The notes under the pieces: model-generated
The model's database searches: none
Told to the model about the DNA's origin: nothing
The model's input: only the letters and a program-made list of their open reading frames with translations
Origin: Eledone cirrhosa
Lineage: Eukaryota
Length of the DNA: 64,000 nt
Assembly (NCBI GenBank): GCA_964016885.1
Contig: OZ024740.1
Span: 133,114,001-133,178,000 of the forward strand
Direction of reading: 5' to 3'
Program-made: the position numbers and the translations under genes
Shown here: piece after piece, positions 26,701-38,863 of the stretch
Layout: every line of letters starts with the position of its first letter
Numbering within the stretch: the stretch's first letter is position 1

Positions 26701-29558
26701 ACTAGAACCCTATCTAGGTACGATCTAGATGTTCCGCTGCGATTACTCCACGTCCACAGTGGCACAGTCGGAAAAATCTAGTCGATATCTATCGGCCAGG
26801 TAAAATCAGCCGTTTAAATGTTTGAGGCTGTTACACCCCCCTCTATCGGGGCATGCTCCCACATAGTGCCAACGTGCATCTAGGATTCCATTCCAGTCCC
26901 CCACTAACAGCAGAGAGCGGGACGTTCCCAGAAAAGTCTCTAGACGTTTGAAGACGTCTGGCCGCGGTGTCCGGATGGGGCATATGCGGCCACCAGCTTG
27001 AAGGCTTTACCTTCACTACCCTCAACGTCTCGGACCACCAGTCGACCCTCCGGGTCCAGATGTACCATCTGTGTTACGAGGTCCATGTGTTTCCGCAGCA
27101 AAACGGCAACCCCACCCCCACCTCCCGGCCGACAGAGAGATGCGTAGATCTCAAAGTCGTCGAAGATGGGGGCCAGTTGTCGCTCGCTGTAGATCCTGGA
27201 CTCGCAAATGGCTACTACATCCATATTGTGCGACCTGAGGACGTTTAAGAGTTTGCCCTGTTTCCAGGACCTCCCCAGGCCGCGTACATTCACACATCCA
27301 ACTCTTATATTGGCCATGTTGGTGCTGAAAAGTTAAAAGAAGAGGAAAGGAAATCACTCACCTCTACGTCTCCTGGGGACCAGGCTGCACAATTTCCATG
27401 GGGGTGTTGGAGGGGTTGTTTGGTGGGGTGGTGGTCTCTGGCAGGGTGGGGACGGAGATGTTTGGTGGGGAGAGTGTGTCAGGTGGGGTGGGGGTGTCTG
27501 GGGTAGGAACGTATGGTGGGGAAACATTTCAAAAGGACGCGGTTATAGGGTTTGACGCAGGGGTTACCTACGTCATTAAGAAATTTTTCTTTTAACTGTT
27601 TATGTGTGTCCATGGAGATCCTAATCATTTTAAGATTAGGATTTTCCGAAGAGTGTTTAAAAGTTTTCCCTTCGGTCTCCACCGAAGGGTTTTTATATAT
27701 GGTGTCTGTTAAAGTCTGATTGTTAGTATTTATGTAGGTGTAACATTTTTGTTGTGTTGTGTTGCTTTTTTTCTGTGGTTCTTGTGTGTGTTTACGTTTT
27801 GTAGTAGGTGTATTGTTTTCAGGAGGGGGTGTTATTGTTTGTTCTGTTTGCGTCGCTTATATTGGTGTTTGTGTGTTTGTTGCATTTTTGTTTGTGTTAT
27901 GTCTTTTCTTTTTTCTTTTTACTGGTCGGAAAGGCTCTCCCTCATCGTCACTGGGTGACGATGATGAGGCCTCATCCGTGTTGTTGGGGAGGGGTACATT
28001 TTGGGGATTTGTTATGTGTGTGGGTGTTTCTGGAGTTGTTTTAGGTGGGGCGGGATTGGGAGGGACTGTGTTTGCAGTTTGGTTTGTCTTTGTGTGTTGT
28101 TATTGTTGTGGTGGTAGTGGTGAGCAATGCTTAGACATGTAAGGCCGCCTACCCTCAACAGAAATGTTTATCTAGGAATATCCATCCAGAGGCACACGTT
28201 GTGGTATTCTAGCTATCCGTTCTGGTCTCATTTGGACCAGAACTTCTAGGCTTGTAGCGTTGAATATGCCCCTGGAGGACTTTCCTACCGAAATTACTGT
28301 ATCTTCATCAAAATTGATGAAACCAGCTAATATCCACCAGATGTTTACATTTGGTGTGATATTTGTTATTTTTATTTTTGGGGTCCTTTTTCCCATATAT
28401 GTAGGGAAAAGGGTGTGGAGGAGGGACACAATTGGTGACACACAGAATATTTCTGTGCCGTCAATTGGTCTTTCATTAGTGGATTGGCAGTATCGGTAGA
28501 GTGTCGGACACCATTCTTTGACGCATAGAGTTACGGCCCTTGCCATTCTGTGTTCAAATCTCGCCGAGGTTAACTTTGCCTTTCATCCTTACGGGGTCGA
28601 TAAAATAAAGTACCAGTAATGTTTTGATAATTGCTGGCCTTGTGGCAATAGTAGAAACAATTATTATTGATAAACTCCCGACGAGTTTTCCCTTCTGTAT
28701 GAAGGTAATGTCCTTCATGGAGTTTCTTAAAACCAGCTCAATTTCGTTTTGAGTTAATTGAGCTGGTTTTCTGGTGGTATTTGAGATTGTCCTAAAAACT
28801 CTGGTTTTCTGGACAGCGTCTCTGCGTAATTCTTGGGGAGAAGTGATGCTAAACGCGCCATTCTCTCCAAAACTTATATATTGCTTGGTATCTCTTACCA
28901 ATTCCCCGGCATTAGTGATGTCAATCTGTGTATATAGTTCTGTCTTTTGGACAGTTTGTGCAAAGAAACCTTTGTTTCCTTGTTTGTGGAATTGTTCTTG
29001 TTGGTGTTGTTGTGATTATTGTTGCTGCTGTTGTTGTTGTCATTGTTGTCGTTGTTATTGTTGTTGTTGTTGTTTTTGTAGTTCTCAATTGCTTGATCTG
29101 TGGTTGCGGAATTCATTTGCGAAGTTGTGTTTTCGTTCATAGCATTGTTGTTATTGTTGTTGCTGGTGCCGCTGGTTGTGTTGTTTTGGTTTGTTGCCAT
29201 GGCAACGTCCAGTTGTCGGTCAGCAGGTGGAGAAAATCATTCCTCTGGCAGACCTTTGTCTTTGACGTCTGCTACTATGACAGTGGCAGGGGGAAGCTGT
29301 AAGCATATATTCTCCTTTCCTTTCGAATGTTGGTGAAGAAGCTTCAGCCATTTTTTTTAAATGTTAGCTTTTCCAAAAAAAAAATTATTATGTACTATAT
29401 CGCCTAGAGGCGTAGAATATTTTGAGAGACTGACCAGATCAAAATTTGACCTGGCAGTCCCTCTACAAATTGGTATAAAAATGAAGGTTCACAGTTAGGA
29501 ATTTATATAGGAATTTAGGCAGAACGTACCCAGCAAGTTTCACGCGTGTGTCCATCCC
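23753..29558 (-). mobile_element. Near full-length Tx1-clade LINE (family T2) inserted in a (GATA/TATC)n tract
   Basis: Asn-rich ORF1 (about 29352-27357) and ORF2 (27317-23952) with APE, RT (RPITLLNTE, QRCPLS, ANADN), C-terminal Cys motif, AATAAA. GATA repeats on both flanks. Confidence 0.92.
28479..28660 (+). mobile_element. SINE nested in Tx1 ORF1
   Basis: Head, core and tail ending GAAACAATTATTATT. Confidence 0.9.
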
Positions 29559-29718
29559 AGATAGATAGACAGCCATAGATAGAGAGATAGTTAGATAGAT
29601 ATAATATATATATATATATAAAAGGAAACCTATAATAAATTGAAATTAAAACCACAGGTGCGTGTGTTTTTATTGGCAGCATGACCCTTCCAAATCATAA
29701 CAATATATATATATATAT

Positions 29719-30021
29719 CACATAAGAAACTGAGAATCAATGGTGCGACGAATTAAAAGTTATTAGACATATTACAATCGTTTCTCTGGCGACAAGCTCG
29801 ATTCTATACCATAATATATGGAGACTCTGCTTCAAAGAATAGGGACGTATCTGAGCATCTTGCGATTTCAGAGACAGGTTCGATCATTGCATTGATCGTA
29901 CCTCCAGCTGGTCGCCAGAGAAACGATTGTAATATGTCTAATAAATTTAAATTCGTCACACCACTGATTCTCCGTGTCTTATGTGATATTATACTCTGCT
30001 CTGTAAGAGCATCGAGTGCTC

Positions 30022-30026
<5 letters not shown>
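29719..30026 (+). mobile_element. Fold-back (TA)n-inserted element with partial inverted arm (29719-29797 vs 29906-29988)
   Basis: Reverse-complement arms, 3' tail and TA tracts on both sides. Confidence 0.8.
29843..29939 (+). ncRNA. Type I hammerhead ribozyme motif with variant core and extended stem II
   Basis: GGACGTAT-CTGAGCA-[62 nt]-GAAAC-GATT-GTA|ATATGTCT; 8-bp stem I; core G8 is C, so probably inactive. Confidence 0.6.
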
Positions 30027-30080
<54 letters not shown>

Positions 30081-30082
<2 letters not shown>

Positions 30083-30520
30083 GAATGTATAGTATATTTG
30101 GCAATATTTTTAATAAAAAACATTTTGAAGACCTTGCTATCATTTTAAAGTAGTGACTATGCCGAACATTATAGAGGCTGGATTCTTATAGAATTCCAGT
30201 AATAATCAGGCACTGATTATACAGAGCGATTGCCGGTCCACCAAAAATTAAAGATTAGGATTGGTGCTCTGAAATAGCGATGTATACATGAATGTATGTA
30301 TATTATATTTGGCAATATATCGTATGTTTAATTAAAAATATTTTGAAGACATTGCGCTATCATTTTAAAGTAGTGACTATGTCACTTACTTCTTTTTTCG
30401 GCAAAGGAAGGGTGAGAAGCTGACAGATTCCTTTTCACACTGTTGGTGTTCCGCCTCTGGTGAAAATTATAGAGGCTGGATTCTTATAGAAATCCAGTAA
30501 TAATCAGGATCTGATTAACG
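30081..30520 (+). repeat. Local direct duplication
   Basis: GCTATCATTTTAAAGTAGTGACTATG and ATTATAGAGGCTGGATTCTTATAGAA.TCCAGTAATAATCAGG each occur twice. Confidence 0.85.
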
Positions 30521-30555
30521 GCTGTCTTCTAGTCCAGCAGTCGCAAGCGGTGGGC

Positions 30556-30610
30556 GGGAGAACCTGACGAAGGCCAGTTAAGACTGAAATGCATAGACGG
30601 TTGTCCCCTC
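30556..30610 (+). ncRNA. Hammerhead-like motif, imperfect
   Basis: CTGACGA-AGGCCAGTTAAGACT-GAAATGCATA with palindromic ATGCAT; stem I register uncertain. Confidence 0.4.
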
Positions 30611-30704
30611 TGCTTCTGCTGGACATCACCAGAGGGCGTTAGACCCCTGTGTTTGCATAGCTACGGCTTCCTAAAACCGAATATATATATATATATATAT
30701 ATAT

Positions 30705-30865
30705 AGGAACCAGTAAGACCCCGACAGCTGAGCTCAAGCCGTTTCGACGGCTTGAGCTCAGCTGTCGGGGTCTTACTGGTTCCTATTACCCACTCTACTA
30801 CTTCAAGTATTGAGTACTTTGGTGCGTTATGGTCCACCTGGTTCCTTACCACATTTCCTTCGTTA
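30705..30865 (+). mobile_element. Family P1 copy with a perfect hairpin of about 38-bp arms plus tail
   Basis: TAGGAACCAGTAAGACCCCGACAGCTGAGCTCAAGCCG-TTTCGA-reverse complement. Confidence 0.85.
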
Positions 30866-31066
30866 TATATATATATATATATATATATTCGGGAGGGTCA
30901 TGCTGCCAATAAAAATACACGCACCTGTTTATTTTAACTACAATGTATTATAGGTTTCCGGTTGGTTGCTTGGTTCGACAACCGGAAGGTTGTTAATATA
31001 TTATCAAAGCTCTTTTGTCAAACATTCTGTGACCTCCTCAGTGACTATGTCTTTATTTTGTGTCAA

Positions 31067-31198
31067 CCTCCTTTGTTCTGTCCTACACCATCATGTTTTT
31101 GTATGTTGTGTGTCGTGTGCTTAGTTTGCGCATGCATTATCTAAGCACATAAAACACAATACACAAAAACAAGATGGTGTAGGACCGAACAAAGGAGT
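31067..31198. repeat. Imperfect inverted repeat, arms of about 45 bp
   Basis: CTCCTTTGTTC.GTCCTACACCATC.TGTTTTTGT vs ACAAAAACAAGATGGTGTAGGACCGAACAAAGGAG. Confidence 0.85.
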
Positions 31199-31232
31199 TA
31201 CCAAATCTCGATAAACAAATTCAAAAACGAAT

Positions 31233-31269
<37 letters not shown>

Positions 31270-32060
31270 GCTTGTGTGTGTGCGTGGGGGTGTGGGGGTG
31301 TGTATGTGTGTGTGTGTGTGTCTGTCTGTATATATATATATATGAATTAAAAATGGCGAGCTGTGTTGTTACAATAAAGTATAATAAATGAAAAATTAGA
31401 AATCGAAGTTAGGAATATCCATCATCAGTTGTCTACTAGGCATCATAGGTATTTCTTCGCATTACAGACAATATATCTCCGCCTAGAGCGGTACAATAGC
31501 TAATTTAAGTTATTGGGATAAAAAGAGTTGCGTGGAGAAAGAGAAAGACACGAATGGCCTCACCATTCGTGTCTGTTTACATGTCTTTCTCTTTCTCCAC
31601 CCAACTCAGGATATTTCCTGCAGATGCTCGTGGGCACAAAGTGCAAACAGGGCTAGTTATATACATATGTTTGTGTATATATATACATATATGAACAAAA
31701 ATGTTTCGTTCACATGCAGTTAGATATTAATTTGTATCGATATGTTACGTACGTTTCGCAGAGAATTGGCTCAGGTTCACTCTTAGAAGTTTTGGAGAAT
31801 ATCCCGTTATCGATCTGCGCTTCAGACTAAAGATTCAACAAAAAATGCAGTGGTTGTTGTTATTTGTGAGATGATGTGTATATAAAAACAACGACCCTAT
31901 TTCTTTTCGTGCATGAGGGCGTATGTAAAAAGTTGAGTACATAGGCGAGACTATTCGTGTGCGTATATACATATATATTTTTTTTCTTTGAATCAATAAC
32001 TTGAATCATAAACACACACACACACCACACAGACACACACATACATATATACACACACAC

Positions 32061-32135
<75 letters not shown>

Positions 32136-35100
32136 GGGAAGAAGACGCACGTGGTGATAGAAGGTCATGAAATCGCTCCCGTAAGTTTTTGATTTTTAAC
32201 ATATTTAAATCAATTGTGAAATAACAATTCTTAGTACAAATGATGCATAAACCACCGAATCAAGTCCCATAAAATTTCGGATCCATATTATATTGTTATA
32301 TCGCTCAAATATTCAATTTTGTATTATATATTTTGTATTCAAAAAAGAAAATGGTTATAAATGGAAGAAAACCCCCTCTAAATAGAACAGCCGAATAACA
32401 GCAATTTCACCAACACCAGAAACTTGATACACCACCTACCCCATCACACTGAATATAACAGCCAGATAACGGCAATTTCACCATCACCACCACCAATACC
32501 AGCATCATAATAATAATTACTATTATTATTGTCTCAAGTTTTAACAAAATTTTTAATTCCAATTTTACGGGAATATGTCAACACAATATATATTAAACAT
32601 ACGCGACACAAACTCATAGATACTACATATCACAAAACTCAGTAACGACAACGCCACCGCCGCCAGCACTCCATCCATCATTGCTACCACTATCCCATCA
32701 CCGCTGCCACCACTCCTTCATTGCTACCACCACTATTCCCCTTTTAACTTAAGAAAGGGGAAGGTGGCGGTATCACTAGACAAGAGAGAGGCTAGCAAAA
32801 GATATAAATAGATTGACTTAGTGACCTGGCCACCGGCCAAACGTCAACAATCATCAACAACTATCGCACTGCTGGCTCCCCCCTTCCTCACCAACAATAT
32901 AAAAATCCCCAGCACCACCACCGACATAGCCAACAACAATAACAGGCAACTTCAGCAAAAAGTATATTATATTATTGTAATGCACTGGGTGATTGCTGGC
33001 CTTGTGCCTGGAACGGAGACAATTATTAATAATTTCATTCTTAAGCCACGCAATGCTCACATTAAGGAACCACTCATGATAATAACAATTTAAAAAAAAA
33101 CAACAAAAAGAAAACCCCGTGACCAAGAAATACCGGGATAGCGGCCGGTGGGGAATAGCCGTGTCTCTAAGGGAGAACGACCCCTCTAGTCTTGGTTGAC
33201 ACTCGTTCTAGAAGTGGTAACATGGTAAAAATCAGCCAATGGTTCAAACCTTCCCATCACTTCGGAGCTGGAGACCTCCCATAACCGGAATACGCCTACT
33301 GTTGGCCCTCCATGCTCACCACCAAGAAATCCAAAGAAAAAGAGAGAAAAATGGTCAAGGGAAGATAATAAAGAAGTCCTTGAGGCTTTCTACACTGCCA
33401 TGTACTACCCATCAAATGCATCGAATACAGAACAGACATATATCAACTGGAAAAAGAAACATCCCGAAAACAGAGGCTATATTGACAGTAACAAACTAGC
33501 CAATATACGAAGAAATATTGTAAGAAAAAAGTTACTAACTGATATAGAAATTGATCAGATCAAGCTATTAGCACAAAGTCAGCGAAGAGAAAATGAAACA
33601 TGTGTCAGTGAAAACGAGGTAAATTGTAACACTTCGAATCCCAGGGTTGGGGCGGAATCATTGGCAACAGAACAAATTAAAGAAAGGATCGAAAAAGTGG
33701 AGGGAGTGCATGCTCAGGATGAAACTCCAAATGAAAATAATGAGATCGTAAATGATAAAGAAATGAATGAGAATGAACTTGCCAAATTCAAGGATGAAAT
33801 TATTATCGAATGGATGAAAATGAAAGAATCTGACATGGGGCAACGAGACACCCTCCCTAAGATCCAGAACTCCAAACAGAACCAAAAGATAATACACAAG
33901 ACTAACATAATTCTCAAAAAAATTATCATCACAAACAAACTAAACATTACTGATTTAAATCATCTCTATTATGCATCGGCTGAAGTCACCACTCACTTAT
34001 GTGGAGTGAAGATGAAAAAACAAAGGAATTCCCATAAGAAATCTACTTGGCAAGAGAACATCAATCGCCAAATAAACCTTCTCCGATCTGACATAGAAAT
34101 GTTAACAAACAATAAAGTAGGTGAACATGTTAAACAAACTAAACTTAGAAAATTGAAAAGAAAGTACAGTATAAAATCAACAAGTGACATAGACATGCTG
34201 ATAGAAATAATCAAGCAAAAAGTATCGGCCAAAGCTGCTCGTATAAGGCGCTTTGAAAAACAATCTAGATTCTATAAGGACAATAATATGTTCAAAAACA
34301 ACCAAAGAAACTTCTACAGAAAAATTGGTAAGTCAACAATAACTGCTAAATCAATACCACCCAAGGAGGAAGTGCAAGAATTCTGGGAAAAGATCTGGGC
34401 CGAAGAAAAAGTTTATAACATACATGCCCCATGGATAGACAGACAAATGAAAGATACAGCTCAGCTTGAAGATCAAATATGGGAAAATATAACAGTTGAA
34501 CAGTTGCGCTTGGCTCTAAGAAAAACCAGCAAATGGAAATCCCCAGGAAAAGACAAAATACAACACTTTTGGATAAATGCCTTCACAGAGTCTCATGAGC
34601 TGTTAGCCCAACTTTACAATGAAATAGTTAAGGAGCCAGAAAAGATACCATCATGGCTAGTTAACGGCATTACATTCCTGCTTCCGAAGAATGATGAGAC
34701 AAACAATCACAAAAATTACAGACCGATAACTTGCTTGACCACAATGTATAAAATTTTAACATCAGTCCTAACTGAATACACATATGACCACCTGATAACA
34801 AATGACCTATTTCCCATTGAGCAGAAAGGGTGTAAACGAGGCTCATATGGCTGTAACGATCAGCTTTTGGTTAACAAAATGATACTGGAAGATTGTCATA
34901 ATAGACACAAAAATCTATCGATTGCTTGGATAGATTATAAAAAAGCATTCGATAGTTTGCCACACAGTTCGATTAAAAAAGGGTTAGAGATTTTCAAAAT
35001 ATCCACCGTTGTCAGGAGGTTTTTGTCATTCAGTATGAAGACATGTAAAACGACACTCCTTTTGAATAGTGAAACAAAATCACTGGAAGCTGGAGAAGTT

Positions 35101-36926
35101 AATATCAGTTGTGGAATTTTTCAGGGTGATCTTTATCACCGCTTTTATTCTGCATCGCACTTATACCATTAAGTAAAATGCTCAATGAAACAAAACATAG
35201 ATATAAAGTCTATAACAAAACCATTAATCACTTGTTCTATTTGGATGACCTGAAACTATTTGCAAAAAATGATGAACAATTGCAAGGTCTATTATCCACT
35301 GTGGAGCAATTCAGTGATGACATTAAAATGGAGTTTGGACTAGATAAATGCGCCAAAGCAACGTTCACCAGAGGAAGGCTGCTGAAGAGTTCAGACATTA
35401 ATCTTGATAGGGGGAACGTGATAAGAGAACTTGATCAAGAAAAAACTTACAAATATCTAGGTGTTTGTGAAGGAGACGGAATCAAGCACTCGACAATGAG
35501 GGAAAGGATAAGGAAGGAATGTTACCGCAGAGTAAGAGCAATCTTAAGAACGGAATTGTATGCAAGGAAGAGGATCGATGCCATAAACACACTTGCCATA
35601 CCAGTAGTAACCTACAGTTACAATGTCATCAAGTGGTCAAGCACAGAGATCCGTAGGCTCGATACAAAAATTCGAAAATTCTCCATCATGCACAGAATGC
35701 ATCACCCTAAGGCAGATATAGATAGAATATATCTCCCTAGGAAAGAAGGAGGACGTGGGTTAATCCAGTTAGACATTGCGCTGAAAACTGCAACAACTGG
35801 ATTATCTACATATCTAAGGGAATCACATGATTGGATGATCAAACTCGTTTTGAAACACGAAAGCATCAAAAGATCATATTCCATTACAAAAGATGCACAA
35901 AGATACAGTAATGGACTACAAATTTCAGAAGTCCCATTTACTGCTGAAATGGAAAACACAGAAAAAGCAAAGCAGGTAAAAGTAACTGCAAAGAAAGAAC
36001 TGCTACAGAAACTGGCTAAGAGATGGCAAGAAAAGCCTCTGTATGGGAAATACCCAGAGCGAGCTAACAATCCTGATGTTGACAAAACTTTAACCCATCA
36101 GTGGTTGGCATCCTCTGGACTGAAATCGGAGACTGAAGGACTGATTATATCGGCACAAGATCAGTGTCTGCCAACAAAAAATTACCAAGCCAACATAATA
36201 AAAAATGGGTGCAGCCCATTATGCCGTGTATGCAAAGAACAACCAGAGACCATTGACCATATAATTTCAATGTGCAGTCCTATAGATCCAACCGAATACC
36301 TAAACAGGCATGACAGAGCTGCACAATACATACATTGGATAATGTGTAAGCATTTTGACCTGCCCCATCAAAAGAATTGGTGGGAGGATCAACCACCTCC
36401 CATACTTGAAAAAGATCACATCTCAATCTTGTGGAACTTTAGCATCCAAACAAACCGAAAAATAGATGCAAACAGACCTGATATAATATTAAAAGACTTC
36501 CAAAAGAGGGTATGCCTGCTAATATATATGTCTGTTCCAATAGACAAGAATGTATCTATAAAAACATTTGAAAAATTGAGCAAGATAAGGACCTGGAGAT
36601 AGAAATTGGAAAAATGTGGAAATTGAGAACTAAAACAATGCCAGTGGTTGTAGGCGCTCTGGGAATGATACCTAAGGGGTCTAATGATTACATATCGCAA
36701 ATCCCAGGAAACCCGCGTATAGGAGAAATACAAAAGATAGTACTAATGGGAACTGCCCATATACTAAGGAAGATTCTGTTAATATAAGTACATCACAAGT
36801 CTAAACACTAAAGATTCATGTGTGAATATGTATGTTCTTTCTTGAACATGGCGGACCTTGTTGTCTCTTGAGGTCAGTGGTTGTGACTTGGTGATAACTC
36901 GTATGAACATAAAGCAAGATAAATGC
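32136..36926 (+). mobile_element. Near full-length R4/Dong element (family A, copy 2)
   Basis: ORFs 33400-35172 and 35178-36602 with Myb-like, RT (YLDD), CCHC and RLE motifs; two apparent 1-nt deletions (near 35130 and 36585); (TAA)n on both sides. Confidence 0.95.
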
Positions 36927-36950
36927 AATAATAATAATAATAATAATAAT

Positions 36951-37193
36951 GACTGCCATGAAGTCAAAGTGATCCCGATTGTCATAGGCGCACTAGGGAC
37001 TATCACAAAACGTTTCCAGGGATGGTTAAAGAAAATTGGCCCCTTCACGCTTATTGGAACGCTTCAGAAACATGCTTGCTGGGAACAGCAAGAACCCTCC
37101 GATACGTCCTGAATATAGGAGGCCGCAGGTAGTGGATTGATATTCATTTCAACAAACTTTCCAGTTAACTCACATCAATGACTGAGACTCAAC

Positions 37194-37194
<1 letters not shown>
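36951..37194 (+). mobile_element. R4/Dong family B, short 5'-truncated copy
   Basis: CHEVKVIPIVIGALGT C-terminus plus 3' UTR between (AAT)n tracts. Confidence 0.9.
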
Positions 37195-37273
<79 letters not shown>

Positions 37274-37276
<3 letters not shown>

Positions 37277-38830
37277 CAAGTTGGGAAGGGGAGAGCTTAC
37301 CATCAATCACCTCCTCTTCATGGACGATCTTAAGCTCTTCGGGAAAAGTGAGAAGGAGTTGGATGTGCTTGTTGACACTGTCCGTATTTTCAGCAGTGAT
37401 ATATGTATGCAGTTTGGTATTGGTAAATGTGGAGTCATTGTGATGAAGAGGGGTAGGTTGAGCAGAAGTAACGGGATCCAGATACCAACAGGTGAGATGA
37501 TAAAGGAAATTGACTCTGAGGAAGGATACAAGTATTTGGGCGTTCTGGAGGCTGATGGCATAAAGAACAAAAAAATGAAGGAATTGTTAAGAACTGAATA
37601 CATTCGGAGAGTAAGGAGCGTATTGAAGTCACATCTGAACAGCAGAAATGCCATAAGCGCAGTAAATTCCCGAGCTGTGTCTATTATTAGGTACAGTGCG
37701 AGAATTCTGAGATGGAATGTTGCTGAACAAAAAGAAATGGATAGGAAGACTAGGAAGCTATTGACTATCTACAACATGTTCCACAAGAGGAGTGATGTCG
37801 ATAGACTCTACCTAAGGAGATCTGAGGGTGGAAGAGGTCTTATCAGCATAGAGGACTGTGTTCGGATGGAGAAAAACAACCTATACAAATACGTGACCTA
37901 TAGTAAGGAGCCAATGCTCAGAACTGTACTGAAGGAGGGGACAGTAGGCCAGGGGATGTCCAAGGAGGAAATAACATCAAGGAGGAAGAGCAGCCTTAAG
38001 GGAAAATCCCTTCATAGTACCTTCTTTGAGAAAACTGAATTTAGAGATCCACAGACATGGAACTGGTTGAGAAGAGGAGACCCCAAAAAGGCTACAGAAG
38101 GAATGCTAATGGCTGCGCAGGAGCAGGCCCTCAAAACGAAGTGGTTGAAGCACCATATCTACAAGGAGGAGGCTAGCCCACTGTGCAGGATCTGTGGAGA
38201 GAGAGAGGAGACTGTGGCTCACATTGTGTCCGAGTGTAAACACCTAGCCCAGACCCACTATAAGGGCTGGAGACACGATGTGATGGGCAGGGTGATCCAC
38301 TGGCACCTGTGCAAAGTAAACAATTTACCACATTCTGAGAAATGGTATGAGCATAGGCCAGAGGCGGTGATGGAGAACAATCAGGTGAAGGTGCTGTGGG
38401 ATTTTAGGATACAGACGGACAAAAAACTGGAACACAATAGACCTGACCTGGTGGTTGTGGACAAAGAAAAAAGATCGTGTCTGATTGTGGATGTGGCCTG
38501 CCCGTTCGACACGAGAGTGCAAGAGAAGGAGAGGGAGAAAATTAACCGATACCAGGACCTAAAGTGGGAGGTGAAAAGGATTTGGAACTGCCATGAAGTC
38601 AAAGTGATCCCGATTGTCATAGGCGCACTGGGGACTATCTCCAAAAGTTTCCAGGGATGGTTAAAGAAAATCGGCCCCTTCACGCTTTTTGGAACGCTTC
38701 AAAAGGCATGCTTGCTTGGAACAGCAAGAACCCTCCGATACGTCCTGAATATCTGAGGCTGCAGGTAGTGGCTTGATATGCAATCCAACGGACTTTACAG
38801 TTAACCAACATCAATGACTGAGATTCAAGG
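37274..38830 (+). mobile_element. R4/Dong family B, 5'-truncated copy with open 491-aa frame
   Basis: ORF 37281-38756: HLLFMDDLKL, CRIC..ETVAHIVSEC, RPDLV..D..K..Y; (AAT)n flanks. Confidence 0.95.
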
Positions 38831-38863
38831 AATAACAACAATAATAATAATAATAATAATAAT

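Noticed and set aside
31340-31440. Minus-strand CTGATGA near a TA tract
   Set aside because: No downstream GAAA box; at most a deleted remnant.
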